From contig RHPI01001968.1 of assembly GCA_009103225.1 (NCBI GenBank), positions 1 through 25,801 of the forward strand: 25,801 bases of DNA. The letters are read 5' to 3'. The position numbers and the translations under genes are program-made. The notes under the pieces are model-generated. The model was not told the DNA's origin. It worked only from the letters and a program-made list of their open reading frames with translations, and searched no databases. Below, in pieces: positions 11,273 to 22,781 of this stretch (the stretch's first letter is position 1; the number at the start of each line of letters is the position of its first letter). The stretch comes from Chlorokybus atmophyticus. Its lineage: Eukaryota > Plantae > Mesostigma and Chlorokybus algae.

Positions 11273-12254
11273 CTCGCTAAACGTGTGTCGAGAAGCCTAG
11301 AGGCTTTGGATCGATTGTGCATCCACTTGGCTCCCTGACGAGGCAACTACAACGAGCATTGATCATGACAGGTGATAGCGAGCCAAGAAGCGAAGCTGGG
11401 GCCGGACCACCTCAACACTGCGATGGTCCTGAACAACGGGGAGTAGTGCTGTAAGTCAGCAGGGCAACAATGACGAGGCCGAGGCTTTGAGCAAACGCGA
11501 TTTAAGATGCGAAACTGGGGACGGACCACCTCGAGACCGCAACGAGTTGTAACAACCTGAAAGTCGTGCTGCAAGGCAAGGCAAGTACGAGGAGGCGAAA
11601 GCCCTCTAAGACAGACAGGAGAGTGATGGACGCATGTAAATCGTTATGGGCTCCGAAACCTGTTTTCAATACACTGCACTTAGTGTGACTTGTACGTGAT
11701 TGGTGTGGTAACAGTGCTGCTTGGTTAGATCTACAAGCTAAGCAACCAAATGGTACATGTGCGTGGTGTGAGGATCAAACTCAATTGCTACAACAAGTGG
11801 AGATGCATTGGCGGAAAGGGAGCCGTACTGTCAGCTGCTGTTGTGTAGTTGCATGCATGTGACTTGTTGCGCGCGAGCACACATGCACACATGCAAGTGA
11901 CAAAGCCGATGCAGCCACACGATGACATCGACAACAAAAGGCTTTTATGGGCTTTCATTTGAGCAGGATGAGATACAGCACTGCAATCACGGCTTCTAAG
12001 AGGGGGATAACATCAACAAGCAACGATCACAACTGGGGGAGGCGAATTGGGTTTTGTTCTCACACCATGATAGTGTACTATCTCCTTGATGTTCGTTGGA
12101 GATTTTAGCAAAGCAGAAGCACTCGTACCAGTCATTAAAGCTGAACAAATCGAGCTGCATTGGACACAGGAAGTAGTTCTCCCCCCCCCCCCCGCGTTGA
12201 CTCCAAAACTTCATCGCCTGGATGTTGTTGTCCACAGCCACCAGCTGGGGGGAA

Positions 12255-12570
12255 CGTAGCTGTTGGTTGGCCTCCAACAATGTATACATCAGCGTCGTAC
12301 AGCGCAGTCTAGCAGTGCAACTGTTCGTCCCGCATTCCTGCTTGTGAAGTTGCAAGCGCAGCAGACGCGCTGATGTTTGCACGTGTTTGCCTGTGTGGTA
12401 GGGACGCTGGTGTTGCAGATAAGCTCAAGCACATGTGTGAACTGACGCCCACGCTCACACCCACGACAACGCCGTTGTCATGCACGAGCAAACCTGCACT
12501 ACTATGCTTGCCTTATCCCACAACCCACATAAACATCTACCGACGTGCACACCCACGCCTGCCATACACA
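12255..12570 (+). repeat. Copy A (partial) of a dispersed duplicated block; matches ~17795-17940 and ~21243-21665
   Basis: Shared words, e.g. gtatacatcagcgtcg, ctgttcg(t/g)cccgcatt and gacgctggtgttgcagataagct versus ggcgctgatgtcgcagacaagct. Confidence 0.75.
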
Positions 12571-12735
12571 AACATGTGCCCAATTCTGCCTGCCGCGGGA
12601 TGTAGCTTTGTAGGCCACTTGTGCGTCTTGGTCTGCGTTCGTGCGCGCGCGCGCGTGTGCATGTATGAGCATGTGAATGCGTGTGAGTGCATGTGTTTGT
12701 CTGTTTGCGTGCCTGGGTGCGAGTCTCTGTGTGTA

Positions 12736-12754
12736 GGGGGGGGGGGGGGGGGGG
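12736..12754. repeat. Poly-G tract (similar G/C runs at 13748-13762 and 13912-13927)
   Basis: Seen directly; some runs adjoin N. Confidence 0.9.
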
Positions 12755-13533
12755 NCAGTGCACGTAAGGAAGAGAGGTCCGTGCTGGCTGACTGGGGCCC
12801 TCCCAAGTGCTGCTCCGAGTGATCATCTTGGGACTCTGGCAGGGTCCCTGACCATGCTGAGAAGGACGCCGTGAACCTACAGTATGATAATATAGCCTTA
12901 CACACGCATAGTGGAGACGATGGGTGTTGCTTGCGACCTATGTTTTGTGACGCGTTGCACTAGCTAGCGTAACCACCTCCGACCATATGTGCTATCTCCC
13001 AGCCCTCAACCAACGCCCATTGACACATACGCATGCATGCACGCACGTACAAGCAGCTGGTGTGGAACATTGCATTGGTCCGTTTGAAGAGGTGGAGCTT
13101 GTTGCAGGAAGAGAAAATGAACAGGCTGACAGCGAGGCTGTTCGCCGCCACGGCCGCCCCTGTGCGACGCAGGCCCGTGGAGTCAATGGGATCATGAGCA
13201 AGGTGGGGGCTGGAGGGAAAGCGGTACTCGTAACAACAACAACAACCACCATGACCCACTTGACTCAACGGAACCCCAGCCATTCCTCTTGCACTGTTGT
13301 TGTCGTTGTTGTCGTTGCTGCTGGTAATGATGATGGATGTGGAGCGTGTGTGCACGTGCACGTGCTCGCTGTCGCTGGACCTGTGAGCGGCTTTGTTCTT
13401 TGCATGCAATGACAAACAACGTCAAAGGTTGAGCAATTGTTTATGCAATCTGTCCATAGGAGATGTATACTACTATAAAAACTGCCTGCGCTCAGCTAGT
13501 GCCTGTATGCGTGCGGCGCTCGTACATGTTGTT

Positions 13534-13613
13534 CAACTACTGGCTGTTGCTCTTCGTTTTGTATATGTGCCTTGTGGCACATATACAAAACGAAGAGCAA
13601 CAGCCAGTAGTTG
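13534..13613. repeat. Perfect inverted repeat: 38-bp arms with a 4-nt loop
   Basis: 13534-13571 is the exact reverse complement of 13576-13613; the loop is ttgt. Confidence 0.97.
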
Positions 13614-13927
13614 CACACGACCGAGGACATTTGTGCACACACAAGCACTGATGCGCACGTGCAAGCACACACACTTGCGCACGCGCACGAGCGCATACAC
13701 ACACAGCAGCCGACCCAGCTCAAAGTGAGTATAGCGAGAAAGGGGAAGGGGGGGGGGGGGGGTAACGTGTTGGAATAACTGCAGAAGCTGATCACCAGTA
13801 GCTTAACTCTTTAATCCTGCAGATCTTCCCACGCTCTTGTACGTGTACGCACATGCACCCACGCGCAGTTGAGCACACACATGCATGCACGCACTCTTCC
13901 GCTAAACTGCGCCCCCCCCCCCCCCCC

Positions 13928-14107
13928 NNNNNNNNNNNNNNNNNNNNNNNNNNNNNNNNNNNNNNNNNNNNNNNNNNNNNNNNNNNNNNNNNNNNNNNNN
14001 NNNNNNNNNNNNNNNNNNNNNNNNNNNNNNNNNNNNNNNNNNNNNNNNNNNNNNNNNNNNNNNNNNNNNNNNNNNNNNNNNNNNNNNNNNNNNNNNNNNN
14101 NNNNNNN
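13928..14107. other. Assembly gap (N run, 180 nt)
   Basis: N characters. Confidence 1.
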
Positions 14108-14113
14108 CACAAC

Positions 14114-14240
14114 AACAGCTTGTTTCTCCTATCCTTGGTCGCCCCCCCCCTAAGCGCGCATATCTGCCACGTGGTGCACACGGTGGTGAGGAGCAAAACA
14201 TCAAGGTGGGGGCCACCAAGGATAGGAGAAACAAACTGTT
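14114..14240. repeat. Imperfect inverted repeat: ~33-bp arms, 2 mismatches, ~60-nt spacer
   Basis: aacagcttgtttctcctatccttggtcgccccc pairs with gggggccaccaaggataggagaaacaaactgtt. Confidence 0.9.
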
Positions 14241-15082
14241 TGTAAATACAACAACGCACAACAACAGCTTGAAGGTCGGCTGCCACTCCTCTGCTGTCAC
14301 ACGTGTAGCATCTTATCCCATTAACAGCACTCATCCCATCCCATTAACAGCACTCACAAATTTATGTACAACATAAGCATGCGTAACATAGATACTGACT
14401 GTTGTAGCTGAGTCGCTTGATCAACTTCTGGCTTAAGAGTGTTTTGCCAGGACATACTCGCTAGGTTGGCATGCTACAAACAAGTAGTATCAATACCAAC
14501 TGGCACTGATATATTGTTACATGCAATGATGTATGGCAGTTTACCTGCCACTTGCTGGTCGTATTGTATGCAGCAAGTATGCCAAGTTAAACAGTTACTG
14601 CTGACTTGTTCCGTCCATCAAGTTTGTGCGATACACGCACATGGTGTCAAAACAAAATAACTACACTAAATGATGCACATTGGAGAGATACATCTGCACG
14701 CTTGTTGATGTGCTAACATGCAGCACTGCAATGTACGCAGCAGTTCACATACGTGTAAGCAATACATCTCACATCCACACAAATGCAAGTAAAAAGCGAA
14801 GCAGACACACGCATGCACGCCCAAACCAGGTGACACCAACGATACACAAAAGGGCTTCATCTTGAAAACAACCAGACCATACAGCACTACAACTACACAG
14901 CTTCCACGAGGGGCAGCTACTGAGAGTGGGGAGGGTGTATCAACCAGCAATAACAACAAGGCAAGGGGAGAGAGTTCAACTAAGTTACAGAGGGTGAGAG
15001 GGTTCAAAACTGGCCTGCAAAGGCCACAAGTAGAGGGGGAGGAACGGAAACGACCTTTCAACATCCAGCAGCAGCAGCAGCT

Positions 15083-16039
<957 letters not shown>

Positions 16040-16765
16040 CTAGCTCACAAGTCGCATGCACACACGTGCACACGTAGCGCATAGCTCGAAAAGGACAGTG
16101 CCACAGCCTCTTACATTGACAGGCTGCCTCTCTTGCCACACACGTACTGCCTACAATTGCACAAGAGTCCTGCTGTACGCAAAGTAGTCTAAGAAACAGG
16201 TACAGCAGCATAGTATTCCCCTCCCCGCCAGCCACAACTTTGCAGAGTACCATTGCTTGTTTTGGTGGTATTGTTGCCCCTTGTCTTGTCACACAGGCCT
16301 CCTCCTCTGCACGAGCAACAAATGCAAAGGGTAAGTCACCAGTTGTTGCTTGGCATGCACACGAAATCGCAGGGCAGGCGCTGAGGCAGCATCAATGTCT
16401 GACTAGACTCTATAGACCTTGCATGCCCCCTACTCGGAGTCAGGGGGATGCAAGAAGTGATGTAGTCCATGCTGGGCACACATGGCCCACATCACTTTTC
16501 ACCGTCACATCCATCTACCCATGCAGCAACAGCTCCCGTCTTCCAATGCAATCGTAAAACATGAGGTTGGTCAGTGAAGCGATTGTATTTGATATTCACA
16601 CATTGTGCACGTGCCATCAGCTGAATGTATTACCCGGGAGCAGCTAAAATTGTTACATATTTTGACTATTAGGTAAACTGCTGCTCCTGGTTAATACATA
16701 TACTTCCAAGTTACATTGAAATGCGTCGTTCACGTCTTGTCATGGCATGGATCGAAAACGTGCAC

Positions 16766-16806
16766 GGCACACACAGGCACAGGCACAGGCACAGGCACAC
16801 GCACAG

Positions 16807-16882
<76 letters not shown>
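16766..16882. repeat. (CACAGG)n/(CA)n/(CACACG)n compound simple repeat
   Basis: Seen directly. Confidence 0.9.
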
Positions 16883-16886
<4 letters not shown>

Positions 16887-17377
16887 TTGTACAGGTACTG
16901 TACTTGGCTGGTTGGGGTTGGGCTAGGTAATGGGTATTTGTAGACCACGTAGCTGGCTTAGCTAGGTACACGCGCTGACTATGAGGTGAGTCCGTGTGTT
17001 GCATGTGTTGCATGCTATGACCTACGATGCAATGAACTACTGTGCATATGGACTTGGCACAACCAAAGACTCCTTCCCTTTATCCTGTACACACACACAC
17101 ACACGCACACATGCACGCAGATTTCAAACAACCATTGCCGTCAACAAACAGTTTTGAAACACACAGGGTGTTCAGTAAGCATCGCCTTGCTAGCAGACTG
17201 TGATCAGAGCACAAGGAAGGCCGCAGCAACCATCATACGAGCAAACAACCACTGCAGGTCTAGTCGTGAGCTCATGCGTTTCCATTGATTGGATTGTTAT
17301 GTTAGGTGAGTGCTTGAGACGTTGACGCATAAAACTTGCCACTTGACAGAGTGGCATGTTTTGTTTTGCAGTGTGTG

Positions 17378-17750
17378 ATAGCAAGCCACAACATCTTGCA
17401 CGAGAGCGACTTGCAGAACATCAACAAGCTCCTGACGCAGTCGGCTGACAGGGTCATTAACGAGCTTGACAAGCTGAAAGTGGTCATCAAGAGTAAGCTC
17501 ACAACAGTCCGCAACCACGAAGCTCGTCCAGACGAACCCCTCATTCCACTTGTTGGTGAAAAAGTCAACGGAGGGGCTTGCTTGTCAAGGACAACGCCCT
17601 CAAGCTGGAGTGTTCGCTGTCAACATGCTTGAACTTAAGGAGTGCGCCAATGACCAACTGGATGATGTATCCGACTTCTATGGGATTGAGTTGGGAGGAG
17701 AGCTTCCGGTACGACGCCAGCAGTTCAAACAGTGAATCACGTGGGGTTGA
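17378..17750 (+). pseudogene. Small coiled-coil plus Mug135-C-like domain protein, copy B
   Basis: Restored translation: ..LHESDLQNINKLLTQSADRVINELDKLKVVIKSKLTTVRNHEARPDEPLIPLVGEKVNGGACQGQRPQAGVFAVNMLELKECANDQLDDVSDFYGIELGGELPVRRQQFKQ(W)ITWG. Lesions relative to copy C and the family pattern: ATG>ATA, a cttg duplication frameshift at ~17580, and TGG>TGA at 17733-17735. The domain call is by motif resemblance only. Confidence 0.65.
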
Positions 17751-18019
17751 TATGAAAATTGTCTTGTGTAACAGTGTCAGATGCAGTGCGTTGATTACGT
17801 TGCATCAACGTGTACATCAGCCTCTGATATCGTTAGCAGTGTAGCGGTGCAGTTGTTCGGCCCGCGTTAATGCCTACCGTGTCGAAAATGCAGCGGCCAC
17901 ATCGGTGTTTGCGCGTGTGTTTGTGTGGCGGGGCGGACGGGAGCAACACGACAAGCAAGTTGTCTTCCAAGAATTATGGAAGACAACAAGATACATCGGA
18001 TGTGCCCTGTTGTTGCAAG

Positions 18020-19001
18020 TAATCACTTGCAACTACCTCTTTTCTGGAGCGGTGCCATTGGAGCGGGGTAGCTTCACCAACCTAGTGACCTTGTAAGACT
18101 ATGCTTGGATCAGTGCACCGACGTGAATATTACACATGTACACGCAATGCACGTTCAAAGTGATGCTGACATGCACACGTACATGCACAGGGAGGCGAGT
18201 GTTAACAATCTCCGGACAAGTACCAAGCACATTGGGGAACCTGGTCAACCTCAGATACTTGTAAGTTGTGAACGTTGTTGTGCCTCGCATCTGACATTGC
18301 ATGTGCACTTGTACGCTTTCGTCACAAGCGTTGACTGACATTCATGTACCTATACAGGAGCCTCAATCACAACCAGCTTTCGGGCCCTTTACCGAGCACC
18401 TTGAGCAGTCTCAATAGCCTTCTCAGTTTGTGAGTGGTACCATACGTTACATGCAACACCTCACTACATGATGCGTATGCCACTGTACTCTTGCTCGTGT
18501 ATGCTTATCATGTCTTACCATTGCAACGCATGTGATGTGCAGAGAAGTACAGCATAATGTTAGGCTGTGCGGGGATGTCCCTACGTTCAGCCATGCGGTG
18601 GAAATCACATACAGCAACACTCGCCTTGGCAGTCCCTGCCCGTCGCCCCCTCCTTCTCCTTCTCCTTCTCCTTCTCCTTCTCCTTCTCCTCCACCTTCTC
18701 CTCCACCTTCCCGCCCCCTTCGCCGTGCAGCTGGCCGCCAACAGCAGGGAGGTGGAAGCGCGAGGGAGAGGGGTTTCCTCTCAAGGTGGTACGCAGCATC
18801 ACTAGTTGCCCGTGTGTCGCCAACATCAAAGATTGCTGCTCCGAGTGCCAAAGCACAACCGGTTGTCTGTTCTGGTTCTTCAACACGGGACAGCAAGCGT
18901 GTGAGCTGTTGGCTTCAACCTTGCAGCCCCCTGTCTGCCTCCCGTATAGCGGCAACCTCAGCGTGGAGTCTGGGTGGGTGTCCGGCAAGGTGTGCACCTG
19001 A
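18020..19001 (+). pseudogene. Leucine-rich-repeat / (Ser-Pro)n / PAN-Apple extracellular protein, 5'-truncated
   Basis: One LRR per exon with phase-2 donors: 18020-18092, 18191-18260 (70 nt, 2-nt deletion) and 18358-18429 (72 nt, SLNHNQLSGPLPSTLSSLNSLLSL). The last exon from 18543 has an LRR C-cap (EVQHNVRLCGDVP), then SPCPSPPPSPSPSP..., a 1-nt frameshift at ~18710, and CCSECQSTTGCLFWFFNTGQQACEL...GWVSG (PAN/Apple pattern). Confidence 0.85.
18651..18710 (+). repeat. (TCTCCT)n coding repeat encoding Ser-Pro
   Basis: Seen directly, within the last exon of the LRR-PAN pseudogene. Confidence 0.9.
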
Positions 19002-20851
19002 AAGACTCGTGTGACAGTCGCTTACACTAGTGTGACATGATAGAAAGCGTAGGTTGACCCGACTCTTGCATAGCATGTCCCCCTCAACCGCCGCTGACTT
19101 GGCAGTGGTACTAGTAGCAATAGTGTTGGTCATGTGCATTAGCATTTGGCCATACATGGTTGCATGCCCAACCTCAACTTTGCATTGTCTACACCTCTCG
19201 CATGCCATTACACTACAACAGTCCTGAACAGAGCACGCGTGTGTGTGCACGTGTGTACGCGCGCGCAGCCTGAGTGCATGGCTAGCAAAGAGGAAGTCTG
19301 ATGGCTGTATGTAGATACAGTGCAGTGCACTGTGTCTACAGTCAGCTGTCTCCCAAACAGTACGGCCACAATGGGTATTTGTGCCTCCCGTGCCTACGAC
19401 CATCGACGCAGGCGCGGATGTGTACATGCGCGTCTCTCTCACCGCATGAACCGCTTCACCCTGCTACTGCATTGGCAGACGTTGCCAATGTCTGCCAGTC
19501 CAGCAGCGGAATCATCATTGCTCGTTGCGAGCATGCCTTGAAGGTCATGTTGTGCACGTGGAGGAGCTGCGCAGGGCATCACACATGCACACCCACACGC
19601 AAGCTCACGCGTGCGCGCACACACACGCACACCCACACCATTGTCTAGGCCACAGTTGGTGGTGCAAAGTGAAAAAACACACGAGCGCACTGTGCCAAGC
19701 ACCCACCTCCATGCTCTCCCCAACAGCGGTTTGTAAATGCCACTTTGTTGTGCAGCCTCAGGGGTGGCACCGTGGCAAATGATGGGTGACAACTGTGTGA
19801 GAATGGTGGGTTGTAACTCGGAGCAGCAGTCGGTGTCACATTGCTGCTTGCCCGCTCACTAATATTCCGAAATTTTGAGAAGGCACCCCTTGATGATAAA
19901 GGGATAGTCCCCAACTCAGCGCACATGTTGTCATTATGTAACGCTTGGGCTGTAGAAGCACGAAAGCGTCAAGCCAATATTCGCGTTTTATACATACGCA
20001 CACCTTTCCACACTTGTCGGCGCCACCCACGGCAGTTGCATTCAATAAAAACCCACACACGAGTACTTTGTACAAACCTTCCATGCTCAGCGCTGAGCAG
20101 CACACGAAAGCGACGTATATGGCGCAGTGTGTGCGCGTGTGCGCATGCATGCGCACGCATATGCGCACACAAACGTATGATGGTGCACGAGCGTGTGTGT
20201 GACTAATCTACTGCTGTGGCGCTTACCTGGAGTCAACACATAAAATACAGTGTTGCAGGAGTACAATGGCTCAAACCCACTGGCAGTTACAGCACTGTGG
20301 TCGTGATGCCTTTGGCCGGACTGGCTGCAATGACATGGCACAGTTTCACTGCTAGCTATGGTAGTGAACTGTGCGTACACAGACACATGCACATGCACGC
20401 ACCCGTCGCCCCCTCTCTCTCTCTCTCCGTGTGCGTGTGTGTCTAATTGGGTGAGTTGCAGAGCGTGCACGCACCCACGTACACCCACGCCGGCATGCAG
20501 GCAGGCATGCGTGTGCACGCAAGCCTAGATGCGCACCTACATGTGCGCACATGCATGCCATCCAACGCACTGCCGCACATATACACGCACGCAGACTTTG
20601 AACAACCGTAGCATTGCCGTCACTGATCAACAATTAGACACACAGGTGTTTATGAACCACCGCCTGCTACCAGACTTTACTCATAGAACAAGCAAGGCCG
20701 CAGTAACAACCATGCGAGCACACAACCACTATGCAGGTGCAGTCGTGAGCTTTTGCTTTTCTATTGGTTGTCGTCTTAGGTGAACGCTTGAGAAGTTGAC
20801 GCATAACATTTGTCGTTTGACGTAGTGGCATGTTTTGCAGTGAGTGGAGAG

Positions 20852-21206
20852 ATGACAGGCATCAGCGTCTTGCAAGAGAGCGTCTTGCACAACATCAACA
20901 AGCTCCTGACGCAGTCGGCTGACACGATAATCAACGAGCTTGACAAGTGGTCTAAAAAAGTGGTCTGAAAGTGGTCATCCGAAACGAGTGCCTAAGACCG
21001 CAATCACAAAACTCGTCCAGATGAACCCCTCATCCCAATTGTTCGTAAAAAGACAACGGAGGGGGCGTCTTACCTGTGAACATGCTTGGACTTGAGGAGT
21101 GCACCAATGACACAACAACTTGATGATGTATCCGACTTCTATGGGATTGTGCTGGATCGAGAGCTTGATGCACGACGCCAGCAAGGAGTGGATTACAAAG
21201 GGGTAA
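20852..21206 (+). pseudogene. Small coiled-coil plus Mug135-C-like domain protein, copy C
   Basis: MTGISVLQESVLHNINKLLTQSADTIINELDK, then an insertion from tandem aagtggtc repeats (frameshift and stop), RNHKTRPDEPLIPIV, a deletion, then DDVSDFYGIVLDRELDARRQQ..KEWITKG*. The flanks (~20582-21470) align with ~17105-18015, including a 5' UTR intron. Confidence 0.7.
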
Positions 21207-21789
21207 GGTCTAGGTACTATCGTTGACAATGCAGTATGCAATGCAGCTGTTGGCTTGCACCAACGTATACATCAGCGTCGCATAGTGCAGCCTACTTTCG
21301 CCACTGGTTGTGTAAATGGGCGGTGCGGCTGTTCGGCCCGCATTCTTGCTGCCCAGATAAGCGCAGCGGCCGCAACGGTGGTTGTGCATGTGTGCTTGAG
21401 TGGAGGGGGAGGCGGGCCTAACTCGACGTGGAAGTTCTGCTCCATATTCTGTCCTGTTGTTGCGCCATAAGATCGACCATGGCTCTTTGGCGCTGATGTC
21501 GCAGACAAGCTTTATCACTTGCGCAGAGTGGTCAACACCCACGCCCGCGACTACGCCACTGCCAGTGGTAGGCTATCATGGACGGGCAGACCTCTGCCAC
21601 GCATACTTTGTCCAAGCTACTAGCGTAGTACCAGCGCACACAGCCTTGCGCCTGCCATGCACAAGCGAATGTACAATATACACAAAGTTGCCCCCCCCCC
21701 CCCCTCCCCGCTCTCGCTCAGGTCTGCCACACTGCAAGGAGGAGAATAGGCAGCAACGTGTTGGCCAGCAAGGGCAAATTCAGGTACAA

Positions 21790-21887
21790 ACCAAAGGTCC
21801 ACAGCAGGGGCAGCACGGAGGACCTCGTCCGCGCTCTTCTTGGTCTCAGAGACTGCCGTCGGCTTCAGCTCCTCACCCGCCTGCAGG
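21790..21887 (-). other. Orphan exon-like segment (AGEELKPTAVSETKKSADEVLRAAPAVDLW)
   Basis: Follows a cccctgcag acceptor and has G/C-ending codons; no partner exons identified. Confidence 0.25.
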
Positions 21888-22781
21888 GGTGTGCATGTGA
21901 GACGACATATGTCTGTATGCAAATGTGCGTGCATGCAAGTAACTGTGTGTGAGTGAGGATGTAAACCAACAGTGTGCCAGGTTGGAGCGCACACCCGCGC
22001 CCGTGATACTGCCATAAACAATGGGCAAACGTACGTCACGTGCGGGTAAGTCTTGTGTAGTACAACGTCTATGTAATGCAAGCACACACATGCAACAGAC
22101 ACTGTACACACGTTGATCGCATGACTCCATCACACAGCAGCACGCAGGCGCAGTAACCCTGAACATTCGAGATGGAGCGAACAGTGCGCACGCACGTAGA
22201 GTGCCCCGCCGCATGCAATCTGCACGCAAATCGGGCTGCAGCGGCTAGTCTATCAGGCGATTTCACTTTTCGTATATGAGTACTTTATTGCTGTATACAA
22301 GAAGAGTGTAGAAGCTGTCAGTAGTTCAAGCGCCATGTATTTGCTGGCGCGGCTTATGACTGTTGCGTGTCTCTGTATTGGTGCACGCACATGTGGGCGA
22401 ATCCCTCGGTGGTAAGGGAAAGCACTGCGTGGCATTGTTGGGTACTTTATCCTCTTGGCGGTCATGTCACATGCGTGGTCCATATGTAAAGCATGCAGCA
22501 TGAGTAGGATCTTCACGCACGTTACCAACGTGCCGGCGTGGACGCGTGTAGAAAACGGCCCTCTGCCAACACTCTGCCTCGTTCACATTTGCACACTGCA
22601 GGAGTGGCAGGAGATTTTGAAAATCAGCTGAACAGCAGAGCAATATGGTTACATCACGTTGCGGGTGCGCATGTCAACCCAATATGTTTGTCAATGCACG
22701 TGTGTGTTCTCTCAAAGCTCAAGCTACCTGCCCAGAACAGGAGCGAGAGGGCGCTATGCACGGCACAATCAGCTAGAATCG

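Larger units (their letters stand above)
10262..11554 (+). repeat. Putative 3' LTR of the chromovirus (TGTTACA...TGTAACA; alternative end at 11713, GTAACA)
   Basis: The start is fixed by the PPT. A 7-bp inverted match ends at 11554 and a 6-bp one at 11713. There is an internal imperfect ~37-bp direct repeat at 11387-11423 and 11506-11542. The right boundary is unresolved without the 5' LTR. Confidence 0.6.

Noticed and set aside
7851-11561. Identical 10-mer acaacctgaa at 7851-7860 and 11552-11561 as a possible target-site duplication
   Set aside because: The first copy encodes RT residues QPE, and the sequence after 11561 does not resume the interrupted LTR (expected gctgtcatgcg). Treated as coincidence.
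12830-12890. SGRVPD...VNLQY, a possible degenerate LRR, plus a 14-nt match to the PAN exon (tgctgctccgagtg)
   Set aside because: Too short and degenerate, with no intact exon boundaries.
13049-13260. Exon-like open frames at 13.05-13.26 kb and 19.3-20.4 kb
   Set aside because: Several frames are equally plausible and no family motif was recognised, so no call is supported.
14313-14357. Tandem duplication of atcccattaacagcactca
   Set aside because: An ordinary local slippage event.
16418-16454. Short bulged hairpin cttgcatgccccct...agggggatgcaag
   Set aside because: The stem is too short and bulged to exceed chance in this sequence, and there is no supporting context.
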